From NCBI GenBank assembly GCA_041917215.1, contig JAYRYC010000005.1, positions 103,687 to 167,686 on the forward strand: a DNA stretch of 64,000 bases. The letters run 5' to 3'. Shown here in pieces: positions 50,551 through 63,924 of the stretch. Both the position numbers and the translations under genes were made by a program. Position 1 is the stretch's first letter, and every line of letters begins with the position of its first letter. The notes beneath the pieces were generated by a model. The model saw only the letters and a program-made list of their open reading frames with translations. It made no database searches and was not told the origin of the DNA. The DNA is from Tagaea sp. GTDB taxonomy: Bacteria; Pseudomonadota; Alphaproteobacteria; CACIAM-22H2.

Positions 50551-50725
50551 GTGTCTCCTCGATTCGAGTCGAATGTACGACGCCAATGGCATGGAATCGC
50601 GGTTTTTTATGGACATCAAGATTCGCTCTCGATTATCGTTCCGACTGCAACGAATTGAAACATTCGTCGAGTCGCACCCTCCAGACTCGGGCCACGAAAA
50701 CCACTCACTTCAGGAATCTTTTCGC

Positions 50726-52000
50726 GTGACCCCTGCTCTGAATATCCTAACGCATCGCTTCGCCCGGTTGTTCCCGATCCTCGCCGTACTGGCGGCGATC
50801 GTGATCGGCGGCACGGCGCCCGCGCAAGCGCGCTACGCGTCGATCGTGATCGATTTCGAATCCGGCCGCGTGCTGTCCGAACAAGGTGCCGACGAACGCC
50901 GCCATCCCGCCTCGCTCACCAAGATGATGACGCTGTTCCTCATCTTCGAAGCGCTCGATGCGGGCAAGATCACGCTCAACACGCGCTGGAACGTGTCGGA
51001 ATACGCCGCCGGTCAGGCGCCGACGAAACTGAACCTTCAGGCGGGCGACCGCGTGGCGGTGCGCGACATCATTCTGGGCATGGTCACGCGATCGGCCAAC
51101 GACGCGGCGATGGTCGCGGCGGAAGGTCTTGGCGGTTCCGAAGCGAAGTTCGCCGACCTCATGAACAAGCGCGCGCGCGAGATCGGCATGACGCGCTCGA
51201 ATTTCGAGAACCCGCACGGCCTGCCGAACGACGCGCAGATCACCACCGTGCGCGACATGGCCACGCTGGGCCGCGAGATCATCAAGCGTTATCCGCATCA
51301 CTACGCGTTCTTCTCGACCCAGCAATTCACCTTCGAAGGCCGCAAATACGCGAACCATAACCGGTTGATGAACTGGTATCAGGGCGCGGACGGCATCAAG
51401 ACCGGCTATATCCGCGCGTCGGGTTTCAACCTGGTCGCATCGGCCGTACGCGACGGGCGGCGCATCGTCGCCGCCGTGATCGGCGGGCCGAACCCGTCGG
51501 AACGCGATCAGTATACGGGCAAGCTGCTCGACGCCGGTTTCGGCCGCGGCGATCTGCCCGTTGCCACAACGCGCGTCGCGAAAGCGCCGCCCGCGCGCAA
51601 CGCCGCACCCGCGCGCGCGCAAGCCAGCAGCGCCACGCCCAGCAACGCACCGGCACGCCGCGCCAACCCGCCCCAGCGCGCGCAGCAAACCTCCGCCGTC
51701 GAACACGCCGACAAGCCCGAAGAATGGGGCGTGCAGGTCGGCGCCTTCTCGCGCATCGACGCCGCGCGCCGTGCGGCCAACGCCGCGCAGAAGATAGCAC
51801 CCACCTATCTCAGCGACGCGACCGTCGATATCAGCGAAGCGGGCAAGCGCTATCGCGCGCGCCTGTTGGGCATCACGCAAGCACAAGCGCGCGAAGCGTG
51901 CCGGGCGCTCGACAAGCGCGATATGGACTGCATGACGCTGGGCCCGGCGCAAAGCCGCCCGTCGACGCGCCTCGCCGACGCGAATTCGCGCCGCAAGTAA
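50726..52000 (+). CDS. D-alanyl-D-alanine carboxypeptidase (PBP5/6 class) with C-terminal SPOR domain
   Basis: I call a GTG start at 50726, 9 nt after AGGAA; the track's longer ORF overlaps the divergent lipoprotein gene. The signal peptide reads ...HRFARLFPILAVLAAIVIGGTAPAQA. The motifs are SxxK (ASLTKMM), SxN (SAND) and KTG. The SPOR-like C-terminus reads WGVQVGAFSRIDAARRAANAAQKIA...YRARLLGI. Confidence 0.8.
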   Translation: MTPALNILTHRFARLFPILAVLAAIVIGGTAPAQARYASIVIDFESGRVLSEQGADERRHPASLTKMMTLFLIFEALDAGKITLNTRWNVSEYAAGQAPTKLNLQAGDRVAVRDIILGMVTRSANDAAMVAAEGLGGSEAKFADLMNKRAREIGMTRSNFENPHGLPNDAQITTVRDMATLGREIIKRYPHHYAFFSTQQFTFEGRKYANHNRLMNWYQGADGIKTGYIRASGFNLVASAVRDGRRIVAAVIGGPNPSERDQYTGKLLDAGFGRGDLPVATTRVAKAPPARNAAPARAQASSATPSNAPARRANPPQRAQQTSAVEHADKPEEWGVQVGAFSRIDAARRAANAAQKIAPTYLSDATVDISEAGKRYRARLLGITQAQAREACRALDKRDMDCMTLGPAQSRPSTRLADANSRRK

Positions 52001-52015
52001 GTTCCGCAAAAAACC

Positions 52016-52276
52016 CTAACGCCCCACGCCGGCCATCGCCGGCGGTTTGGCGGTCGTCGGCACCATGCCGCCCGCCGCCCCGCCGGTGCGCCCGTCGGTC
52101 AGGCGGCGCAATTTGCCCTCGGTCACCATCCGCTCCAGCACCGAGAAGACCTGCATCGTGGGGGCGCCCACGGCGTCGGCGATTTGGCCCAGCGAAAACG
52201 TGCCCTTGCCCTTCACCGCGGCGCGGATCAGGGGTTCGGCCAGTTCGGGCGAGAGCATCTTGGGTGGGGCGGCCAT
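52016..52276 (-). CDS. Small hypothetical protein, possibly winged-helix (FeoC-like)
   Basis: The ATG at 52276 gives MAAPPKMLSPELAEPLIRAAVKGKGTFSLGQIADAVGAPTMQVFSVLERMVTEGKLRRL.... The longer track ORF would run through the tRNA gene. Confidence 0.35.
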   Translation of the reverse strand: MAAPPKMLSPELAEPLIRAAVKGKGTFSLGQIADAVGAPTMQVFSVLERMVTEGKLRRLTDGRTGGAAGGMVPTTAKPPAMAGVGR

Positions 52277-52389
52277 AAGCCCGATTTTGGGCCTGTCGGG
52301 GCCCTTGCGCAAGGCGAGTTGCGGCCCGCGCCCGTCTATGGCATAGACCCGGCCCCGCGCTGATTTTCGGGCCCCTCGGGACCCGGAGC

Positions 52390-52464
<75 letters not shown>

Positions 52465-52498
52465 GCGGGGTTCAAGGAAATCCCCGCCTTAAAACGGA

Positions 52499-53278
52499 TC
52501 AAAACGCCGGCAGAAGCCGCGTGAGCGCGTCGACGACTTGGCGCTCCGAAATCGGCTTCGAGATCGCGGCGTCGGCGCCCATCTTCTTGGCGGCGAGCAG
52601 CGCGTCGTCGGGCGTCATGCGCGTATCGAGCCCGCCCGAAATCGCGACCACGGGCAGATGGCCCCAATGCTCGCGCACGTATCGAATACCTTCCACGCCG
52701 CCCATGCCGGGCATGAAGATATCGGTGATGACGATATCCGCCCCCAGCGTGTCCCAGCCCGCGAGCGCTTGTTCCCAGGTCGGCTTCACGACCGAATCGT
52801 AACCGCGCTTGCGTAAGTACGCTTTGAGGATTTCGCCGATTGTCTCGCTGTCGTCGACGACCAGCGCCATCGGCTTGCGCTTGGCGCCGCAGCCCTTGCG
52901 CATGAGGTCTTCGATCCGGCGCGCAAGATCGTCGTGCGACACGGGCTTCATGGAGAGGAAATGCGCGCCGGCGGCGCGCGCCCCCGCCAGCATTTCCGTG
53001 TCGGTCTTGTCGCGCTGGGGCTGCGCCAGCGCGATCACGCCCATATGCGGCCAGCGCTGCTTCAAGCGCGGCATGTCGGCGATCATTTCGTCGTCGAGCC
53101 CATCGACATCGACCACGGCGATTTTCGGCGCCATCGCCAGCCCCGCGACCGAAGGATCGCCGGGCGTGCGCGCCGTCACCGTTTGATAGCCTTTACCGGC
53201 AAGACCGGCCGCCAGCGCCTGCAACGATTCTTCGAAGGCGTCGACGATGAGAATGGGACCTTTCATGGCCCGGGGCAC
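52499..53278 (-). CDS. Response regulator with two tandem receiver (REC) domains and no output domain
   Basis: REC 1 reads ILIVDAFEE...VVDVDGLDD...KPV and REC 2 reads ALVVDDSETIGE...DIVITDIFMPGMGG...KPI. The track start is a GTG; an in-frame ATG (MKGPILIVD) lies 4 codons in. Confidence 0.75.
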   Translation of the reverse strand: MPRAMKGPILIVDAFEESLQALAAGLAGKGYQTVTARTPGDPSVAGLAMAPKIAVVDVDGLDDEMIADMPRLKQRWPHMGVIALAQPQRDKTDTEMLAGARAAGAHFLSMKPVSHDDLARRIEDLMRKGCGAKRKPMALVVDDSETIGEILKAYLRKRGYDSVVKPTWEQALAGWDTLGADIVITDIFMPGMGGVEGIRYVREHWGHLPVVAISGGLDTRMTPDDALLAAKKMGADAAISKPISERQVVDALTRLLPAF

Positions 53279-53328
53279 TTAGCGCGCCCCTGTTGTCCTG
53301 ACAAGCCCCGTATCGGCCTTGGGTACCG

Positions 53329-54501
53329 TCAGCTACGCAAGGGCTCCAAGATAGAGACGTAATTCGCCACGGCGGCGCCGCCCATGTTGAAAACGCCGGT
53401 AATGCCGGGCTTAGGAACCTGCATGTCGCCGGCACGGCCCGTAGCCTGCATCGCGGCCATGATGTGCATCGAAACGCCTGTCGCGCCGATCGGATGGCCT
53501 TTGGCTTTGAGCCCGCCCGAAGCGTTGACGGGCAATTTGCCGTCCTTTTCGGTGAGGCCTTCCATCGCGACGCGTCCGCCTTGGCCCTTCGGCGCCAAGC
53601 CCATCGCCTCGTATTGGATCAATTCGGCGATGGTGAAGCAGTCATGCGTTTCGACGGCCGCGAGATCGCCGAGCGTGAGTTTCGCGTCGCCCAGCGCCTT
53701 GCGCCACGCCAGCGCGCAGCCTTCGAAATCGACGATGTCGCGCTTGGACATCGGCAGCAGATCGTTCACCTGCGCCGTGGCGCGCAGGGCGACCGCCTTG
53801 CCGCCCAGCGCCAGCGCCGTCGGCAAATCCGCGAGCACGAGGGCCGCGGCCCCATCGGAGACGAGGCTGCAATCGGTGCGGCGCAACGGGCCCGCGACCA
53901 GCGGATTTTTGTCTGAGACCGTACGGCAGAATTCGTAGCCGAGATCCTTGCGCAACTGCGCATAGGGATTCACGGCGCCGTTTTTGTGATTCTTCGCCGC
54001 GATCTTCGCCATCGCGTCGGATGGGTCGCCATAACGTTGCGCGTAAAGCTGCGCGATATGGCCGAACACGCCCGCGAAACTCATGCCGGGGCGATCCTCC
54101 TCCTTGACGTAGGAGGCCTTCATCAAAATCTCGCCGATCTTGTCGCCCGGCGTTTCGGTCATCTTTTCGACGCCGACGACCAGCACGACGCGTGCCTTTT
54201 TCGCGGCGATCGACGTCAGCCCCAAATGCACCGCGGCCGATCCGGTCGCGCAAGCGTTCTCCACGCGCGTCGCCGGCTTGAAACGCAACGCTTCCGACGC
54301 TTGGAACACGAGCGATGCGGGAAAATCCTGCTTCACGAAGCCGCCGCCGAAATGGCCGACATAGATTTCGTCGACGTCGCCGGGCGCCACGCCCGCATCG
54401 TCCATCGCCTGAACCGCGACTTCCGCGATCAACGCTTCGAGGTCGAGTCCTTCGCGCTTGCCGAACTTGCCGTGCGACCAGCCGACGATGCATCCCGCCA
54501 T
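53329..54501 (-). CDS. Thiolase-family protein (SCP2-thiolase / acetyl-CoA C-acyltransferase-like)
   Basis: The sequence has the thiolase fold, with an active-site Cys region (ENACATGSAAV) and the C-terminal motifs GHPIGATG and NMGGAAV. Confidence 0.75.
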   Translation of the reverse strand: MAGCIVGWSHGKFGKREGLDLEALIAEVAVQAMDDAGVAPGDVDEIYVGHFGGGFVKQDFPASLVFQASEALRFKPATRVENACATGSAAVHLGLTSIAAKKARVVLVVGVEKMTETPGDKIGEILMKASYVKEEDRPGMSFAGVFGHIAQLYAQRYGDPSDAMAKIAAKNHKNGAVNPYAQLRKDLGYEFCRTVSDKNPLVAGPLRRTDCSLVSDGAAALVLADLPTALALGGKAVALRATAQVNDLLPMSKRDIVDFEGCALAWRKALGDAKLTLGDLAAVETHDCFTIAELIQYEAMGLAPKGQGGRVAMEGLTEKDGKLPVNASGGLKAKGHPIGATGVSMHIMAAMQATGRAGDMQVPKPGITGVFNMGGAAVANYVSILEPLRS

Positions 54502-54648
54502 GGCGCCCTCCTCGGACGAATTTCAAGCCGTCGAATTTCCGCATTTTATCAGGGGCTTGACGATGCGGCAATTCGCCGGATGCCGCGCGTCCAAATCGCA
54601 CGCAGAAATGTCACAGAAAGAATGTGGTTATTGAGGGGGACCGGTCCG

Positions 54649-55137
54649 ATGACAAAACCGCGCGATATCGCTTCGATCCGGGCCGGATTGCACCGCGCAT
54701 TGGGTCTGCTGCCCGAAGACAGCATCGCCGCCGCCACGGGCAAATCGGCCTCGCTGTTCCGTAAATGCGCGGACCCCGACAACAAGCGCCATCGCCTGCA
54801 AGCCGAGGATGCCGTGGCGCTCGACGCCGCCTGCGTGGTCGCGGGCGAACGCGCGCATATCCTCGAATCCTATCGTCAGGCGCTGGATGCGCGCGTGGCG
54901 GAGCTGGGCGGACCTTGCGCGCATCGCGCGGCCGACCCGTTGCACCGCGTGGCGCAAGCCACACGCGAATTGGGTGCGGTCGCCGGCGCCGTCGCGGAAG
55001 CCGAGAAGCCGCCCTCGCCCGAGACGACGCAGCGCATCGCCAATCTGGTCGATCGCGCGCTCGATACGCTCACGCATCTCAAAAACGATCTGCGCGAAAC
55101 CGCGCGCGACGCGGGCGCCGTGCAAGCCGCCGAGTGA
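54649..55137 (+). CDS. Hypothetical protein (162 aa), no recognisable domain
   Basis: The ATG at 54649 is preceded by GAGGGGGA. It is in frame inside a spurious 383-aa track ORF that is antisense to the thiolase gene. The protein is Ala/Arg-rich and helical-looking: MTKPRDIASIRAGLHRALGLLPEDS.... Confidence 0.4.
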   Translation: MTKPRDIASIRAGLHRALGLLPEDSIAAATGKSASLFRKCADPDNKRHRLQAEDAVALDAACVVAGERAHILESYRQALDARVAELGGPCAHRAADPLHRVAQATRELGAVAGAVAEAEKPPSPETTQRIANLVDRALDTLTHLKNDLRETARDAGAVQAAE

Positions 55138-55154
55138 CGCGCACTAATTGTCGA

Positions 55155-55418
55155 TCATCGTTTTTTGGACTTGTCGTTTTCTGGCGAGTCATCGCCGGCT
55201 CGCCAACCTCTGATTTTTACGTGAGGCTTTTTAAGCAAGCCGCTCTGCGTAGCTTTCTTACTTACGACAGCCTTCTTCTTCGCAGCTGCCTTCTTCTTGC
55301 GCTGCTTCATTAGACCCTTCGTGTACAGGTGAGCATATGGATCATCTGACACAAAACCCATTTTGGGATTTCCAAACTCTTTGGAATGACCACCTAAATA
55401 GTATCCTTTCTTACTCAT
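55155..55418 (-). CDS. Small lysine-rich hypothetical protein encoded in an AT-rich islet
   Basis: The protein is MSKKGYYLGGHSKEFGNPKMGFVSDDPYAHLYTKGLMKQRKKKAAAKKKAVVSKKATQSGLLKKPHVKIRGWRAGDDSPENDKSKKR. Its 5' half and promoter region have far lower GC than the surrounding DNA. Confidence 0.4.
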   Translation of the reverse strand: MSKKGYYLGGHSKEFGNPKMGFVSDDPYAHLYTKGLMKQRKKKAAAKKKAVVSKKATQSGLLKKPHVKIRGWRAGDDSPENDKSKKR

Positions 55419-55616
55419 TGATTGCCCCCCATGATCATCATAATTGTATTGAACAAAAATATTGTCACTTGGAATTTATAAAAAAATTTTAGATTATTAT
55501 ACAAAATCCACCGAAATTTATTCAGGCCATTAGAAATACTGAGATTTTCTTGACGGGGCCCCCGCCCCCGGCCAAGTTCTGCCGCCATTGAGCGTAAGAC
55601 GGCGGGGGCTTCGGGC

Positions 55617-57026
55617 ATGTCGATTCGGGTATTTGCGTTGGCGGCGATCGGGGCCGTTTTGCCGGGGACCGTGTTCGCGGCCGATTTGAATGGTGCGGCG
55701 CTCGCTTGGCCGTGGGCCATTCCATTCTGCGGCCTGCTGCTGTCGATCGCCATTCTGCCGCTGGCGGCGCCGTCGCTTTGGCATCACCACTACGGCAAAA
55801 TCGCGCTGGCCTGGGCGCTGGCGATCATCCTGCCCTTCGTCGCCTCGTTCGGGTTCGGCACCGCCTTCGCCGCGATCTGGCACACGATGGCGGCCGAATA
55901 CATCCCCTTCCTGATTTTGCTCGGCTCACTGTTCACAATCGCGGGCGGCGTCTACGTGAAGGGCAATCTGCACGGCAGCCCGAAGACAAACACGGCCCTG
56001 CTGGCCGTGGGCACGGGCATCGCCAGCGTCACCGGGACCACGGGCGCCGCGATGCTGCTGATCCGCCCCGTCTTGCGCGCCAACGACGAGCGCCGTCATA
56101 ACGCGCATGTCGTGATCTTCTTCATCTTTCTGGTCGCGAATATCGGCGGCAGCTTGACGCCGCTGGGCGATCCGCCGCTGTTCCTCGGCTTCCTGAAGGG
56201 CGTCGGCTTCTTCTGGCCGACGGTCCATCTGTTCCTGCCGATGCTGACGGTGACCGTAATCCTGCTCGTCGCGTTCTACGCGCTCGATAGCTGGTTCTAT
56301 CATCGCGACGAAAGCTTCAAGGCGAAATACGATCCCACGCCGGACGCGCCGCTGTCGATCGAAGGCAAGGTCAATATCCTGCTGCTCGGCGGCGTCGTCG
56401 CCGCCGTGCTGATGTCGGGCCTGTGGAAGCCCGGCATCTCGTGGAACATCGCGGGCACGGTCATCGAGTTGCAGGGTGTCGCGCGCGACGTGATCCTGCT
56501 GGCGCTCGCATGGCTGTCGCTCAAAATCACGCCGCCGGGCTGCCGCGAGGCGAACGCGTTCTCCTGGGGCCCCATCCAGGAAGTGGCGAAACTGTTCTTC
56601 GGCATCTTCGTCACCATCGTGCCGGTGATCGCGATGCTGAAGGCCGGCAAGGACGGCGCTTTCGCGGGCGTCGTCGCCGCGGTGACGAATCCCGACGGCT
56701 CGCCCAATGCGGCGATGTATTTCTGGCTGACCGGCATTCTGTCGAGCTTCCTCGACAACGCGCCCACCTATCTCGTGTTCTTCAACACGGCGGGCGGCGA
56801 TCCCGCGACGCTGATGGGCCCGCTCGCCACCACGCTCGCCGCGATTTCGGCGGGCGCGGTGTTCATGGGGGCCAACACCTATATCGGCAACGCGCCGAAC
56901 TTCATGGTCAAGGCGGTGGCGGAGGAGAACGGCGTGAAGATGCCGAGCTTCTTCGGCTACATGCTGTGGTCGATCGCGTTCCTGATCCCGTGCTTCATTC
57001 TGGTCGACGTGATCTTCTTCCTATGA
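55617..57026 (+). CDS. NhaD/ArsB-superfamily ion transporter (Na+/H+ antiporter NhaD-like)
   Basis: The 469-aa polytopic membrane protein has duplicated halves with the GNIGGSLTPLGDPP and GNAPNF motifs typical of this permease family. Confidence 0.7.
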   Translation: MSIRVFALAAIGAVLPGTVFAADLNGAALAWPWAIPFCGLLLSIAILPLAAPSLWHHHYGKIALAWALAIILPFVASFGFGTAFAAIWHTMAAEYIPFLILLGSLFTIAGGVYVKGNLHGSPKTNTALLAVGTGIASVTGTTGAAMLLIRPVLRANDERRHNAHVVIFFIFLVANIGGSLTPLGDPPLFLGFLKGVGFFWPTVHLFLPMLTVTVILLVAFYALDSWFYHRDESFKAKYDPTPDAPLSIEGKVNILLLGGVVAAVLMSGLWKPGISWNIAGTVIELQGVARDVILLALAWLSLKITPPGCREANAFSWGPIQEVAKLFFGIFVTIVPVIAMLKAGKDGAFAGVVAAVTNPDGSPNAAMYFWLTGILSSFLDNAPTYLVFFNTAGGDPATLMGPLATTLAAISAGAVFMGANTYIGNAPNFMVKAVAEENGVKMPSFFGYMLWSIAFLIPCFILVDVIFFL

Positions 57027-57333
57027 CGCCTTCGGCGGCTTCGCGCGCCAGCGCGTAGATCGCGTCCGCATCGTCGTTCGGCGAGGTGCGGCAGCGGCGC
57101 GTGACGCCGCATTTGTCGCAGACATGCACGATCGAGCGTTTGCCGCCCTTCTCCTCGACCGCGACGGGGCGCATGGCGCCGCCGCAATCCTCGGCGCGGT
57201 CGCCGGGCGCCACGTCGACATGAAGCGACCACAGGCATTTCGGGCAATGATTGGTGTAGCCGTCGCCGCGCGTTTTGGCGCCGCATTTGACGCACACGAA
57301 ATCCTCGACGCGGCGGGTGAACGAACCGCTCAT
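56995..57333 (-). CDS. RNHCP-domain zinc-ribbon protein, translationally coupled to chrA
   Basis: The inner ATG at 57333 gives MSGSFTRRVEDFVCVKCGAKTRGDGYTNHCPKCLWSLHVD...VCDKCG, with C-x2-C, the NHCP-x-C signature and a second C-x2-C. Its start overlaps the chrA stop (ATGA). Its 3' end overlaps the convergent transporter gene by about 32 nt. Confidence 0.65.
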   Translation of the reverse strand: MSGSFTRRVEDFVCVKCGAKTRGDGYTNHCPKCLWSLHVDVAPGDRAEDCGGAMRPVAVEEKGGKRSIVHVCDKCGVTRRCRTSPNDDADAIYALAREAAEGVIGRRSRRPE

Positions 57334-58649
57334 AGCCCGGCGAGCATCCGCACGACGCCGTAAGCCGCCCCGCCCGCGACCAGATAATGGATCGGCGGGT
57401 TGAAGCGCACCGACATCGCGAAGGCGATCGCCGCCACGGCGATGGCGATGAAATCGGGTCCGGTCTTGGGCAAGAACACTTCCTGGCCCAGGAACACCGC
57501 GAGATTCAAGATCACGCCGACGATCGCGGCGGTGATCGCCGCCAACGCCGCCGACACCGCCTTGTTGGCATGTAAGCCTTCGACGTAAGGCGCACCCGCC
57601 AAGATGAACAGGAAGCTCGGCAGGAAGGTGCAGTAAGTCGCGAGGAACGCGCCGACGATCGCCGCCGTCGCGGGATCGGCGCCGCCGCCATTCCAGCCGG
57701 CATAGAAGCCGACATATTGCAGCACCAGAATCAGCGGCCCCGGCGTGGACTCGGCCAGCGCCAAGCCGTTCAGCATGTCGTCGGCCGACAGCCAGCCATA
57801 GAGATTGACCGACGCGTCGGCGATATAGGGCAGCACGGCATACGCACCGCCGAAGGTGACGAACGCCGCCTTGGTCATCAATTCGGCGAGATCGGCGAAG
57901 GGATAGGCGCCGAACGTGGCGACGACCGCATAGACCGGAATCGCCCACAGCACGGCGAAGATCGCGACCAGCTTGGCGATGCGCGCGGCCCCGTTGCGCG
58001 GCAATTCACCCGCTTCGCCCGGCTTCACGGCGTGCCCGGCGGGCGCGAAGAAATTGCCGAAGCGCGAGGTGAAAGATCCCAACGCCGCCGCGATCGCGAC
58101 GACCCAAGGAAAGTCGATTCCGGCGAAATGAAGCGCGCCGAAGGCGAAACCGGCCAGCGCCGTCGCCTGCCATGTCGTCAGCGCCTTCTTGCCGATGCGC
58201 CACACCGCATGCGCGACGATGGCGACGACGACGGGCTTCAATCCGTCGAACACCGCGCCGACCCATTTCGTGTCGCCGTAATGCGCCGCGATCCACGACA
58301 GGATCAGCATCGCCAAGGCGCCGGGCAGCACGAACAAGCCGCCCGCGACGATGCCGCCCCAGGTGCCATGCAGGCGCCAGCCGATATAGGTCGCAAGCTG
58401 CTGCGCTTCCGGCCCCGGCAACAGCGTGGCGAAAGACAGGCCGCGCAGGAACGGCCCCTGCCCGATCCATTTATGCCGATCGACCAGATCGGTCTGCATC
58501 ATCGCGATCTGCCCGGCGGGTCCGCCGAAGGACAGGCAGCCGAGTTTCAGCCAATAGGCGAAGGCTTCGCCGAAACTCGGGCGGTCGGGAAAAGCGGGCG
58601 CGTTGGCATCGGGCATGGGCGCGTTCATCCTTTCGGCGTGAACTCGCAC
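57330..58649 (-). CDS. chrA: Chromate transporter ChrA (fused two-domain CHR family)
   Basis: The protein has two CHR halves (GCLSFGGPAGQIAMMQ and VTFGGAYAVLPYIAD), about 12 TM helices and is 439 aa. Confidence 0.8.
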   Translation of the reverse strand: MRVHAERMNAPMPDANAPAFPDRPSFGEAFAYWLKLGCLSFGGPAGQIAMMQTDLVDRHKWIGQGPFLRGLSFATLLPGPEAQQLATYIGWRLHGTWGGIVAGGLFVLPGALAMLILSWIAAHYGDTKWVGAVFDGLKPVVVAIVAHAVWRIGKKALTTWQATALAGFAFGALHFAGIDFPWVVAIAAALGSFTSRFGNFFAPAGHAVKPGEAGELPRNGAARIAKLVAIFAVLWAIPVYAVVATFGAYPFADLAELMTKAAFVTFGGAYAVLPYIADASVNLYGWLSADDMLNGLALAESTPGPLILVLQYVGFYAGWNGGGADPATAAIVGAFLATYCTFLPSFLFILAGAPYVEGLHANKAVSAALAAITAAIVGVILNLAVFLGQEVFLPKTGPDFIAIAVAAIAFAMSVRFNPPIHYLVAGGAAYGVVRMLAGL

Positions 58650-58674
58650 ATGCGCCGGGCCCGCGCAATCTCGC

Positions 58675-59148
58675 TTATTTGAATTTCACCTTCATGATTT
58701 CGTAGGCCTTATGGCCGCGCGGTGTCGCGACCTCGACCGTATCGCCGGCCTGCTTGTTGATCAGCGCGCGCGCGAGCGGCGAGGTGATCGATATGCGGCC
58801 TTTCTCGATATCGGCTTCGTCCGCGCCGACGATCTGATAGGTCGATTCCTCGTCCGTATCCTCGTCCGCCAGCGTCACCTTGGCGCCGAACTTGATCTGC
58901 TTGCCCGACAGCGAGGCGATGTCGATCACCTCGGCGCGGCTGATCTTGTCCTCGAGCTCCAGAATGCGGCCCTCGATGAAAGACTGGCGCTCGCGCGCGG
59001 CGTGATACTCGGCGTTTTCCGAAAGGTCGCCGTGATCGCGCGCCTCGGCGATCGCGCGAATGATCGCGGGCCGCTCGGTCGACTTCAAATTCTTCAACTC
59101 GGCTTCGAGGCGCTCGTAGCCCTCGGGCGTCATCGGAACTTTGTCCAT
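58675..59148 (-). CDS. greA: Transcription elongation factor GreA
   Basis: The protein starts [62 protein letters not shown]. Confidence 0.95.
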   Translation of the reverse strand: MDKVPMTPEGYERLEAELKNLKSTERPAIIRAIAEARDHGDLSENAEYHAARERQSFIEGRILELEDKISRAEVIDIASLSGKQIKFGAKVTLADEDTDEESTYQIVGADEADIEKGRISITSPLARALINKQAGDTVEVATPRGHKAYEIMKVKFK

Positions 59149-59264
59149 TTATCGCGAACTCTCGTCCGTTTCCTATACCTCGCCCTCTTCGGCAAAATCG
59201 CACGCCCGCGGTCGGTTCCGGGGGAACCGGCCGCCCGGTCCGCAACGCGTTTCGGGAGGCGCCT

Positions 59265-62522
<3,258 letters not shown>

Positions 62523-62525
62523 GGC

Positions 62526-63716
<1,191 letters not shown>

Positions 63717-63924
63717 GCGGGGCTCCTCGGTTGGCGATCGGCGGCGGGTCTAGGGGCTTGCCCAAGCTTTGGTCAAGTCCGGATACGTCGCCCGCAAGTG
63801 GCTGAAATCATGTGAATTTCCATGCACCGTTCGGCGGCAGCACCGACTCGCCGGGCGATTCCGGTTCACTTTAATGGACCGATTGGTTTAGTCTGTACCT
63901 ATCGGTCCACAAAGATTTACCGCC

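Noticed and set aside
52900-53400. Apparent 1-nt disagreement between my position counting in the printed sequence and the ORF-track coordinates (for example a run of C near 52981)
   Set aside because: The track ORFs are frame-consistent with each other, so I attribute the mismatch to my own manual indexing and not to a frameshift or pseudogene. Coordinates here follow the track. Hand-derived coordinates elsewhere could be off by 1 nt or so.
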